The notes under the pieces are model-generated. The model saw only the letters and a list, made by a program, of their open reading frames with translations, did not search any database and had not been told where the DNA came from. Positions 1-8,647 of a DNA stretch of 64,000 bases are shown here, in pieces; position 1 is the first letter of the stretch; every line of letters starts with the position of its first letter. Position numbers and translations under genes: made by a program. Source of the stretch: Candidatus Deferrimicrobiaceae bacterium (GTDB taxonomy: Bacteria > Desulfobacterota > Deferrimicrobia > Deferrimicrobiales > Deferrimicrobiaceae); assembly GCA_963792415.1 (NCBI GenBank), contig CAWBVY010000004.1, forward strand, positions 608,001-672,000. Reading direction: 5' to 3'.

Positions 1-126
1 CATCGCGGCGGGATCCTTCAGGACGTTCCGGTACTCCACGGCGGCCCCGGCCTTCTCGTAGTCCCTACGAGCGTTGGTGGTGTACGGTCAGGTGTCCTTC
101 CCGAAGATGACGACGATGCGCGACAT
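1..126 (-). CDS. Glutaredoxin-like selenoprotein (UXX-star type), 3' end truncated by the window edge
   Basis: SD-like GAAGGAGGGAG, then ATG at 126. Reads MSRIVVIFGKDT-U(TGA 90-88)-PYTTNARRDYEKAGAAVEYRNVLKDPAAM. UPYT aligns with the glutaredoxin CPYC position; hairpin follows the UGA. Confidence 0.85.
55..71 (-). promoter_or_regulatory. Candidate bacterial SECIS hairpin
   Basis: CTCGTAG-GGA-CTACGAG, a perfect 7-bp stem with a G-containing loop, starting 16 nt after the in-frame UGA. Confidence 0.7.
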
Positions 127-174
127 GTTCTCCCTCCTTCGAGTGATGATTGCTTGGCGATTCCCCTTCGGTTA

Positions 175-238
175 TGCCCCCCGTTCTTCCTACTGCGGGG
201 GTACCCCAGGGAGCGCATTTCGTACGGGAGTGGGGCGC
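175..238. repeat. Dispersed palindromic element, copy 1 (left half only)
   Basis: TGCCCCCCGTTCTTCCTACTGCGGGGGTACCCCAGGGAGCGCATTTCGTACGGGAGTGGGG matches segments at 14364 and 41472. Confidence 0.85.
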
Positions 239-244
239 TTTACC

Positions 245-1351
245 TCACTGCGCCCCCCCTCCTACGGCGACGCCGCCCATGGCCCGTAATCGTTGGATGC
301 GCGCTTCCGTCGGGGGATGCGTCGACATCAGGGCGGTGGATCGCGGGCCGAACACCCGCAGCGGGTTGACGATGAACAGGTGCTGCGTCCCGCGGTTCTC
401 CCCGGGGACTTCCGGCCCGCCGGAGGCGATCTTCGCGAGGGCGGAGGCCAGGCCGAGCGGGTTGCGGGTGAAGCCTGCCGCCGCGGCGTCGGCGTGGTAC
501 TCCCGCTGGCGGGAGATGCTCATCTGCAGGATCTTCGCCGCCAGCGGCGCCAGGACCGCCAGCAGCAGCGCGAGGACGAAGAAGGCGGCGTTTCCCCGGC
601 CGCCACCCCCGCGCCCCCCTCCCCCGGTGCGCCCCCGGCGCCCCCAGAAGGCGCCCCGGAGGAACATGTCGGACAGCAGGGCGACGGCCCCGACGAGGAC
701 GGCCGCGCAGACGTTGTACAGCGTGTCCCGGCTCTTGATGTGCGCGAGCTCGTGCGCGATCACCCCCTGGAGCTCCTCCCGGTTCAGCCGGTCGACGAGT
801 CCGGCCGTGACGGCGACGCACGCCTCTTCCGGGCGCCGCCCGGCGGCGAAGGCGTTCATCCCCGCGGCGGGGATCACGTACACCTTCGGGGGGGGCACGC
901 CGGCCGCGATCGCCATCTCCTCGACGACGTTGCGCAGCTGCCGATGCTCCTCCCCGACCGCTTCGCGCGCTCCGTGGATCGACAGCACGATCGAGGAGCC
1001 GCTGAAGTACGCCGTCGTGCCGAGGATCGCGTACAGCACGAAGGAGAGGCCGAGCCCCGTCCCCGGGTCCCCGTAGGCGCCTCCGATCGCGGTCCCGAGG
1101 AGGAAGAAGGCGGCGAAGAGGAGGGCGAAGAGGAGGGCGGACATCCGGACGTTGTGCCGCGCCGCCTCGGTGAAGAGCAGCATCGGGATCGGCCGCAAGG
1201 GAGGACGGGCGGCGGCGGGCGCGGCGTTGCCGACGAAGGCGTTCGCGCCGGGGCCCGCACCGAGCGGATCCCCGCAGAGGTAGCAGAGGTCGGCCCCGGG
1301 ACGGTTGATCCCGCCGCACTTCGGACATGCCGGGGCGATGCCGCCGATCAC
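245..1351 (-). CDS. htpX: M48 family zinc metalloprotease HtpX-like, with N-terminal zinc ribbon
   Basis: NAFAAG, HELAH, SRQREYHAD and STHPP motifs; CPKC..CYLC at the N-terminus; downstream of lemA. Confidence 0.88.
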   Translation of the reverse strand: MIGGIAPACPKCGGINRPGADLCYLCGDPLGAGPGANAFVGNAAPAAARPPLRPIPMLLFTEAARHNVRMSALLFALLFAAFFLLGTAIGGAYGDPGTGLGLSFVLYAILGTTAYFSGSSIVLSIHGAREAVGEEHRQLRNVVEEMAIAAGVPPPKVYVIPAAGMNAFAAGRRPEEACVAVTAGLVDRLNREELQGVIAHELAHIKSRDTLYNVCAAVLVGAVALLSDMFLRGAFWGRRGRTGGGGRGGGGRGNAAFFVLALLLAVLAPLAAKILQMSISRQREYHADAAAAGFTRNPLGLASALAKIASGGPEVPGENRGTQHLFIVNPLRVFGPRSTALMSTHPPTEARIQRLRAMGGVAVGGGAQ

Positions 1352-1366
1352 GCAGCGCTCCTGAAA

Positions 1367-1915
1367 CTACCGCAGGCTCGCCTTCGGCACCGCCCGGCTT
1401 TCGGGTTCCGTTTCGAAGTACGCCTCCTGGGCGAAGCTGAAGAAGGAGGCGATGAAGTTCGTCGGGATCGACTGGATCGCGTTGTTGTACGTCATCACCG
1501 AGTCGTTGTAGAACTGCCGGGCGAAGGAGATCTTGTTCTCCGTCCCGGTCAGCTCCTCCTGCAGGGAGGCGACGTTCTGGTTCGCCTTGAGCTCCGGGTA
1601 CCTCTCGACGACGGCGAAGAGGCTCTTCAGCGTCTCGGTCAGGACCCCTTCCGCCTTCGCCTGGGCCGCGGGCCCTTTCGCCGACAGGGCGGCGCCGCGG
1701 GCCTCGATGACCCTGGTGAGCGTCTCCTGCTCGTACGCCATGTAATCCTTCACGACCTCCACCAGGTTCGGGATGAGGTCGTACCGGCGCTTCAGCTGCA
1801 CGTCGATCTGGTGCCAGGCGTTCCTGATCTGGTTGCGAAAGCGGACGAGCTTGTTGTAGGCGGCCACGAACCAGGCGACGATGACCACCAACAGGACCAG
1901 CGGAATATACGCCAT
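1367..1915 (-). CDS. lemA: LemA family protein
   Basis: IDVQLKRRYDLIPNLV and YPELKAN motifs; start MAYIPL after a GGAGG SD. Confidence 0.93.
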   Translation of the reverse strand: MAYIPLVLLVVIVAWFVAAYNKLVRFRNQIRNAWHQIDVQLKRRYDLIPNLVEVVKDYMAYEQETLTRVIEARGAALSAKGPAAQAKAEGVLTETLKSLFAVVERYPELKANQNVASLQEELTGTENKISFARQFYNDSVMTYNNAIQSIPTNFIASFFSFAQEAYFETEPESRAVPKASLR

Positions 1916-1992
1916 CGACGTCCCTCCGGCGGGGGGAATGGGGCGATTCACCTTGCGAATCGCTATTTTCCGAATAGTTTATCCGATGTATT

Positions 1993-4614
1993 ATGGTTTT
2001 CAACCAAATAAGGGTTTCGCTGTACCAATATTCCGAAGGGGAACGGCGTATCAGCACACCGCACGGAAAAGACCCGAAACGCCCGACCGGCGGCCACGAG
2101 GGGAAATCCCGCGTCGTCCGGCGGGGGCCCGGAGAGGTAAAGCTCCCGCCCCGTCCCGGGGATGCCCGGAGGGGATCCCCCGGGGGACGGCCTCGTCCCC
2201 GTCCCGCGCCGCCGGACAAGCCGGGAAAGAGGGGTCCCGCGGCGGAACCGGGGAAAGCGGCGCGCCGGCCGCAGGGCGGCCCGCGGAGTCCGCTCCCCCG
2301 CGCCCCGCGCCCCGCGTTTCCGGAGCTCCTCGCGCCCGCCGGGTCCGCGGAGGCGTACTACGCCGCCGTCGACGCGGGGGCCGACGCCGTCTACCTGGGC
2401 CTCGGGAAGTTCAACGCGCGCGAGCGGGCGGAAAACTTCAACCTCGAGGATCTTTGCCGCATACGGCCCCACGCCCGCTCCCGCGGCGTCCGACTGTACG
2501 TGGCGATGAACACCCTCCTCACGGAGGCGGACCTCCCTGAAGCGATCGGCCTGCTCCACCAGGTGGCGCCGCTTCAGCCCGACGCGATCATCGCGGCGGA
2601 TCTCGGGCTGGTGCGGATCCTCCACGAATTCTTCCCGGGGATTCCCGTGCACATGAGCACGCAGGCCGGCTGCGCCTCCGCCGAGGCGGCGGAGGAGTTC
2701 GCCCGGATGGGGGTGTCCCGGGTCATCCTCGAGCGCCACCTGCGCAAGGAAGAGATCGCGCGGATCGCCGAGCGTTCTCCCGCCGCCGTGGAGATCTTCG
2801 TCCACGGGTCCCTCTGCTACTCGTACTCCGGGAAATGCCTCTTCTCCTCGTACCTCGGCGGCAAGAGCGGGAACCGCGGGGTCTGCGTCCAGCCGTGCCG
2901 TCGCCTGTACGGACACGGAGGGGAGGCGGAGGCGATCTTCTCCACCCGCGACCTGTCCCTTCTCCCGCACCTGCCGGACCTCGTTCCCCTCGGGATCGCC
3001 TCGCTGAAGATCGAGGGGCGGATGCGGGGGGCGGAGTACGTCGCCGGCGTCGTCTCGGCGTACCGGGCGGCCCTCGACGGGATCCGCGCGGGCACCCCGG
3101 CGGAGGGGGTGGCCGAGGGGACCCGGATCCTCTCGCAGGTGATCGGACGGGAGACGACCCCCGGGCTCCCCGGCGGCGCGCGTCCCGGGGAGGTCGCGAC
3201 GGGAGGCGAATCGGGGAACATCGGGGAACGGATCGGGATGGTGACGCGTGTCGAGGACGGCTGGGCGTTCGTTCCGGGCGCGGCCGGGATAGCCCCCGGG
3301 GACCGGTTGCGCGCCCAGTTCCGGGAGGACGGATCGGGGCGGGGCTTCTCCGCGATCGATCCGCGGGGCGAGGGGGGCGGGATCCGGGTCAAGGTGCCGT
3401 TTCCCGTTTCGCCCGGCGACCTGCTGTTCCGGGTGGGGGCCGCGGGGCGGACGGAGTTCGCCCGGCTCGCGCGCAAGGAGATGGAGGCGATCCCCCCGGA
3501 CGGCGCCCGCTTCCTGGTTTCCGTCTCTCCCGGGACGGTGACGGTCAGGGCGTCGTACGGAAACGTGGAGAAGGCGTTCGTGTACCGGATCTCGGGTCCG
3601 CCGGGCGGCCCGGCCGGGACGGTGCCTCCCGACGGGGAACGCCAGCTGGCCGACGCGTACCGGGGCGACCTTCCCCTGGCGGGTGTCCGCGTGGAGATCC
3701 ACGGGGGTCCGGGCGTGTGGGGGGATGTGCGGACCCTCTTCCTCCAGGCGGCCCGGCAGTTCGACAGGGAGTTCTACCTCGAAGGGAAACGGCTGCGGGT
3801 GGAGATCCTCCCGACGCTGCGGGTTTCCGGGAGCCGCCCGGAGGAGGCGCCCGGCACGGTGATCTTCGCGGGGTGCCGCCCGGAGCAGCTTCCTCACCTC
3901 CCGAAGACCCCGGAGGTTATCCCCGTGGTCGAGTTCACCCGCTCCCTCGCCCGCGATCCGTCTCCCGCGGCGCGGTACGCCCGGTCCGGCGGATTCCTGC
4001 GGCTTCCCTCCCCGATGCTGGAATCGGACGCCGCGTTCCTTCGCCGAACCGTGACCGACGCGATCCGAAAGGGGTACACCCGATGGGTCGTGTCGGACGC
4101 CGGACACTTCCGCCTCTTCGCCCCCGCTCCCCTGCGGCGCCAGGTGACGCTGGTCAGCGACCATTACCTTTACGCCTTCAACATGGGCGCCCTCGCGGCC
4201 CTTTCGCGGATGGGGGCGACGCGGATGATCCTTCCCGTGGAGGCGACCGTCCCGGCGCTGCGGGACGTCGGGAAATTCCTCTACGGGCTGGGGATCGCCG
4301 TCGCGTACGGCCCGGTTCCGCTCATGATCTCCCGTCTCCTCCCGGCGGGCGGGGTGCGCGGCGGGGAGGTCGAGAGCCCCCGCGCCGAGCGGTTCCGGGT
4401 GACGGCGGACGAGCACGGTTCGGCCGTGCTGCCCGCGGAGCCGTTCTCCGCGTCCGGATCGCTCCACGTGCTGCGGGAGGCCGGGATCCGGGATTTCTTC
4501 GCCGACCTCCGGGGGCTCGGCCCGTCGGAGATCGCGGAAGTCCTGTCGGCGCTCTCCGCCGACCGCGAGATCCCCGGGACGACGACCTTCAACATCCTCC
4601 GGCGGAACTTCTGA
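1993..4614 (+). CDS. Peptidase U32 family protein (RlhA-like RNA hydroxylation family); start uncertain (ATG 1993 or ATC 2050)
   Basis: ELLAPAGS, GADAVYLG, HMSTQ, EIFVHGSLCYSYSGKC, NRGVCVQPCR, LKIEGR. Confidence 0.85.
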   Translation: MVFNQIRVSLYQYSEGERRISTPHGKDPKRPTGGHEGKSRVVRRGPGEVKLPPRPGDARRGSPGGRPRPRPAPPDKPGKRGPAAEPGKAARRPQGGPRSPLPRAPRPAFPELLAPAGSAEAYYAAVDAGADAVYLGLGKFNARERAENFNLEDLCRIRPHARSRGVRLYVAMNTLLTEADLPEAIGLLHQVAPLQPDAIIAADLGLVRILHEFFPGIPVHMSTQAGCASAEAAEEFARMGVSRVILERHLRKEEIARIAERSPAAVEIFVHGSLCYSYSGKCLFSSYLGGKSGNRGVCVQPCRRLYGHGGEAEAIFSTRDLSLLPHLPDLVPLGIASLKIEGRMRGAEYVAGVVSAYRAALDGIRAGTPAEGVAEGTRILSQVIGRETTPGLPGGARPGEVATGGESGNIGERIGMVTRVEDGWAFVPGAAGIAPGDRLRAQFREDGSGRGFSAIDPRGEGGGIRVKVPFPVSPGDLLFRVGAAGRTEFARLARKEMEAIPPDGARFLVSVSPGTVTVRASYGNVEKAFVYRISGPPGGPAGTVPPDGERQLADAYRGDLPLAGVRVEIHGGPGVWGDVRTLFLQAARQFDREFYLEGKRLRVEILPTLRVSGSRPEEAPGTVIFAGCRPEQLPHLPKTPEVIPVVEFTRSLARDPSPAARYARSGGFLRLPSPMLESDAAFLRRTVTDAIRKGYTRWVVSDAGHFRLFAPAPLRRQVTLVSDHYLYAFNMGALAALSRMGATRMILPVEATVPALRDVGKFLYGLGIAVAYGPVPLMISRLLPAGGVRGGEVESPRAERFRVTADEHGSAVLPAEPFSASGSLHVLREAGIRDFFADLRGLGPSEIAEVLSALSADREIPGTTTFNILRRNF

Positions 4615-4615
4615 C

Positions 4616-6637
4616 GTGGGGCCCGCCGTGAATCTCCGGAACATCGGGATCATCGCGCACATCGACGCGGGGAAGACGACCTTCACCGAGCGGCTCCTCT
4701 ACTACGCCGGGATCACCCACCGGATGGGGGAGGTCCACGACGGCGACTCGCAGATGGATTACCTGCCGCAGGAGAGGGAGCGGGGGATCACGATCACCGC
4801 GGCGGCGACGCACTTCTCTTGGCTGGGCGCCGAGATCCACCTGATCGACACGCCCGGGCACGTCGATTTCACCATCGAGGTGGAGCGGTCGCTCCGCGTG
4901 CTCGACGGCGCGGTGGCGGTGTTTTGCGGCGTGGGGGGCGTGGAGCCGCAGTCGGAGGTCGTCTGGCGCCAGGCCGACCGGCACGGGATTCCGCGGCTGG
5001 CGTTCGTCAACAAGCTCGACCGGCCCGGTGCCGATTTCGACCGGGTGGTCGACGACATGGCGCGAAAACTCGACGCCCGCGGCGTTCCGCTGACCGTTCC
5101 GCTCTACGAGGACGGGGCGTTCGTGGCGGTGGCCGACCTCGTGACGATGGAAAAGGTCTCCTTCTCGGCGGAAGACCAGGGGGGGGGAGTGTCGCGGGCG
5201 CCCCTCTCCGAGGCGGAAGGTTTGTCGTGCGCGCGGTACCGCGAGACGCTGCTCGAGGCGGCGGCCGACCTCGACGACGCGGCGGCGGAGAAGTACCTCG
5301 CCGGGGAGGCGGTCCCGGCGCCGCTTCTGCGGGCCGCCCTGCGCAAGGGGACGCTGGCGGGCAGGATCTTCCCCGTCTTCGCGGGCTCCGCGCTGCGGAA
5401 CCGCGGGGTGCAGCCGGCGATGGACGGGATCGTCCAGTACCTCCCCTCTCCGGAGGAGGCGCAGCCCGCCCGGGGCGACGACCCCCTGACCGGTGTGCCG
5501 GCGACCCGCGAACCGGTCCCGTCCGCCCCGTTCTCGGCCCTCGTGTTCAAGGTCCTCCAGGAGGAAGGGCGCCGCACCGTCTATCTGCGCGTCTACTCGG
5601 GGAAGGTGGTGGAGGGGGAACCGCTGCTGAACGCCGCGACCGGCCAGAAGGAGAAGGTGGCGCGTCTCTTCCGGATGCACGCCGGGAAGAAGGAGGGGAT
5701 CACCTCCGCGGCGGCGGGGGCCATCGTCGCCGCGCGCGGGATCCGGTTCGCCCGGACGGGGGACACGCTGTGCGACCCCGGGGCGCCGATCGTGTACGAG
5801 TCGATCGAGATCCGCAAGCCGGTCGTGTCGGTCGTCGTCGAGCCGAGGACGGTGCGCGAGATGGACCGCCTTCGGGAGCTCCTCGGCGCGATGACGGACG
5901 AGGATCCGACGCTGTCGTATCGCGAGGACGCCGACACGGGGCAGATCGTCCTTTCCGGGATGGGAGAGCTTCACCTGGAGATCGCGATCGACCGCCTGGC
6001 GCGGGAGCACGGCATGGAGGTGCGCAAGGGGAACCCGGAGGTGGTCTACCGGGAGACGGTGGCGTCGCCGGCGCGCGAGGAGAGCGTCTTCGAGCGGGAG
6101 ATCGCGGAGCGCCAGGTGAAGGTGGCGACCGTGGTGGGCGTGTCGCCCGCCCCGCGGGGCTCCGGTGTCCGGATCTCCGACCGGTACCGCCTGCTCGGCC
6201 TGCCGCCGGACGTGGCCGACGCCGTGGAGATGGGGCTGCGGGAGGGGGCGTTCTCCGGCGCTCTCGGCTATCCGGTGGACGATGTGACGATCGAGCTCTC
6301 CCGCCTCGAGTTCCTCTCCGGCGTCCCCTCGCCGATGGTGGCGAAGGTGGCGGCCGCGAAGGCGTTCCACGAGGCGTACGAGAAGGGGAAGCCGTACCTG
6401 CTCGAACCGGTGATGGCGGTGGAGATCGTCGTGCCCGACGAGTTCCTCGGCGGGGTGATCGGCGACGTCAACGCCCGGCGCGGCAAGGTCTCCTCGGTCG
6501 ACCGGCGCCCGGGAGGGAGCTTCCTGTCGGCGGCGATCCCCCTCAAGGAGATGTTCGGCTACGTCACCGCCCTGCGGTCCCTGTCCCAGGGCCGGGGGAA
6601 CTACACGATGAAGTTCTCGCACTACGACAAGGGTTGA
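4616..6637 (+). CDS. fusA: Elongation factor G paralog
   Basis: RNIGIIAHIDAGKTT, ERERGITIT, DTPGHVDF, NKLD, GMGELHLEI, LRSLSQGRG. Confidence 0.92.
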   Translation: MGPAVNLRNIGIIAHIDAGKTTFTERLLYYAGITHRMGEVHDGDSQMDYLPQERERGITITAAATHFSWLGAEIHLIDTPGHVDFTIEVERSLRVLDGAVAVFCGVGGVEPQSEVVWRQADRHGIPRLAFVNKLDRPGADFDRVVDDMARKLDARGVPLTVPLYEDGAFVAVADLVTMEKVSFSAEDQGGGVSRAPLSEAEGLSCARYRETLLEAAADLDDAAAEKYLAGEAVPAPLLRAALRKGTLAGRIFPVFAGSALRNRGVQPAMDGIVQYLPSPEEAQPARGDDPLTGVPATREPVPSAPFSALVFKVLQEEGRRTVYLRVYSGKVVEGEPLLNAATGQKEKVARLFRMHAGKKEGITSAAAGAIVAARGIRFARTGDTLCDPGAPIVYESIEIRKPVVSVVVEPRTVREMDRLRELLGAMTDEDPTLSYREDADTGQIVLSGMGELHLEIAIDRLAREHGMEVRKGNPEVVYRETVASPAREESVFEREIAERQVKVATVVGVSPAPRGSGVRISDRYRLLGLPPDVADAVEMGLREGAFSGALGYPVDDVTIELSRLEFLSGVPSPMVAKVAAAKAFHEAYEKGKPYLLEPVMAVEIVVPDEFLGGVIGDVNARRGKVSSVDRRPGGSFLSAAIPLKEMFGYVTALRSLSQGRGNYTMKFSHYDKG

Positions 6638-6651
6638 CGGCGTTCTCACGC

Positions 6652-6681
6652 AAAAACCCGCGAGGAACCCCGCGGGTTTTT
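6652..6681 (+). terminator. Intrinsic terminator (A/T tracts on both sides)
   Basis: AAAAACCCGCG-loop-CGCGGGTTTTT. Confidence 0.75.
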
Positions 6682-6695
6682 CCTTAGGAGATGAT

Positions 6696-7193
6696 ATGAA
6701 GGTTTTCGACGAGGAGCTGGTCAAGGACCGGGTGAACCGGTTCCCGTTCGTGAAGATGATGGGGATGAAGCTGGTTTCGTGCAGCGGCGGCGCGAGCGTG
6801 ATGCGGTGCCGCGTGCGGCAGGCGCTCAGGAATTCGGGCGGGACGCTCCACGGCGGGGTGCTGGGAACGCTCGTCGACATGTCCGTGGCGACCGCGCTGC
6901 GAAGCGCCCTTCCCCTCACCTCGCGAATGACCACGGTGGAATACAAGGTGAACCTCCTGAAGCCCGTATCGGAGGGTACGATCACCGCGCGCGGATCGGT
7001 CCTCCGGCTCGGGAAGACGATCGCGGTCGGCTCCACGGAGATCCGGAACGCCGCGGGGGACCCGGTCGCCTTCGGCTCCGCCACCTTCTACATCCTGAAC
7101 GTCCGGTCGCCGGCGGATTCCCCGGGTATAATGGTGGCGACGACGGGCCGGTCGAAGCCGAAGACGATGGCGGTCCTCAAAGGGGAAAGTTGA
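6696..7193 (+). CDS. PaaI family hotdog-fold thioesterase
   Basis: NSGGTLHGGVLGTLVD and TVEYKVNLLKP; AGGAG SD. Confidence 0.88.
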   Translation: MKVFDEELVKDRVNRFPFVKMMGMKLVSCSGGASVMRCRVRQALRNSGGTLHGGVLGTLVDMSVATALRSALPLTSRMTTVEYKVNLLKPVSEGTITARGSVLRLGKTIAVGSTEIRNAAGDPVAFGSATFYILNVRSPADSPGIMVATTGRSKPKTMAVLKGES

Positions 7194-7194
7194 C

Positions 7195-7414
7195 ATGGTC
7201 AAGCATCCGCCGATCGTTACCGACACAGCTGGTAGGGGACCTCTTGCGCGACTATCCCGCGCTTCGGGAGAAGGTCGCCGAACTCTTCGGGCCGGAGTGC
7301 GTCTCGTGCCGGTCGAACCGCCACGAGACGATCACCTACACCTCCTGGCACAAGGGGCTCGACCCGGAGTCGGTGGTCCGCGCGCTGAACGACGCGCTGA
7401 AGAAAAGCAAGTAA
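7195..7414 (+). CDS. Small DUF1858-like CxxC protein, apparently with a +1 frameshift near 7228 (alternative: intact from TTG 7190)
   Basis: MVKHPPIVTDT continues after one extra G as LVGDLLRDYPALREKVAELFGPECVSCRSNRHETITYTSWHKGLDPESVVRALN. Confidence 0.6.
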
Positions 7415-7455
7415 CCCCCCCGATTCGGGAAACCGCCGCCCAAGGAGAGCGTTCG

Positions 7456-8616
7456 ATGTTCAAGGGAATCGACTATTACGATCTGGAAAGCGGGTTTACG
7501 TCCGAGGCGCGCATGATCCGGGACTCGGTCCGGGATTTCGTGGAAAACGAATTCCTCCCGATCGTCCGGGATCATTACCGGGCGGGCGGGTTCCCGATGC
7601 ATATCGTCCCGATGCTGGGGGAGATGGGGCTTCTCGGCTCCAACCTGAAGGGGTACGGGCTGCCCGGCATCGACCAGATTTCGTACGGCCTCGTCATGCA
7701 GGAGCTGGAGCGGGGCGACTCGGGGCTCCGCAGCTTCGCCTCCGTGCAGGGCGCGCTGGTGATGTACCCGATCCACACGTTCGGGAGCGAGGCGCAAAAA
7801 GGACGGTGGCTCCCGGCGCTGGGGGCGGGGAAGGCGGTCGGCTGCTTCGGCCTGACCGAGCCCGACCACGGCTCGGATCCGGGAGGGATGAAGACGAAGG
7901 CGGTGAAGGACGGGGGGCACTACGTGCTTTCCGGCGCGAAGATGTGGATCACGAACGGCTCCGTCGCCGACGTGGCGGTGGTGTGGGCCAAGCTCGACGG
8001 CGTGGTGCGCGGGTTCCTCGTCGAGAAGGGGATGAAGGGCTTCTCCGCCCCCGAGATCCACTCGAAGCTCTCCCTGCGGGCCTCCGTCACGTCGGAGCTG
8101 ATCTTCGACGACGTCCGGGTGCCGGCGGAGAACCTCCTTCCCGGCGCGCAGGGTCTGAAAGGCCCCCTCATGTGCCTGACCCAGGCGCGGTACGGGATCG
8201 CGTGGGGCGCGATCGGGGCCGCGATGGCGTGCTTCGACGAGGCGCTCTCCTACACGAAGGAGCGGCAGATGTTCGGCCGGCCGGTCGCCTCCTTCCAGCT
8301 CACGCAGGCGAAGTTCGCGGACATGCTGACGGAGATCACGTCGGCGCAGCTCATCGCCCTGCGGCTGGGTCACCTGAAGGAGGCCGGGAAGATGCGCCCG
8401 CAGCAGGTGAGCCTGGCGAAGCGGAACAACGTCCGGATGGCGCTCGAGGTCGCCCGGACCGCGCGCGGGATGCTCGGGGCCAACGGGATCAGCGACGAGT
8501 ACCAGACGATGCGGCACATGTGCAACCTCGAGTCGGTCGACACCTACGAGGGGACCTACGAGATCCACACCCTCGTCCTGGGGAAGGACGTGACCGGCAT
8601 CGACGCGGTGTCGTGA
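7456..8616 (+). CDS. gcdH: Acyl-CoA dehydrogenase, glutaryl-CoA dehydrogenase-like
   Basis: ELERGDSGLRSFASVQ, GCFGLTEPDHGSDPGGM, KMWITNG, NLESVDTYEGT; AAGGAG SD before MFKGID. Confidence 0.88.
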   Translation: MFKGIDYYDLESGFTSEARMIRDSVRDFVENEFLPIVRDHYRAGGFPMHIVPMLGEMGLLGSNLKGYGLPGIDQISYGLVMQELERGDSGLRSFASVQGALVMYPIHTFGSEAQKGRWLPALGAGKAVGCFGLTEPDHGSDPGGMKTKAVKDGGHYVLSGAKMWITNGSVADVAVVWAKLDGVVRGFLVEKGMKGFSAPEIHSKLSLRASVTSELIFDDVRVPAENLLPGAQGLKGPLMCLTQARYGIAWGAIGAAMACFDEALSYTKERQMFGRPVASFQLTQAKFADMLTEITSAQLIALRLGHLKEAGKMRPQQVSLAKRNNVRMALEVARTARGMLGANGISDEYQTMRHMCNLESVDTYEGTYEIHTLVLGKDVTGIDAVS

Positions 8617-8647
8617 GAAGGGGGATCGGGGCCGGGGGAGGGGTGCG

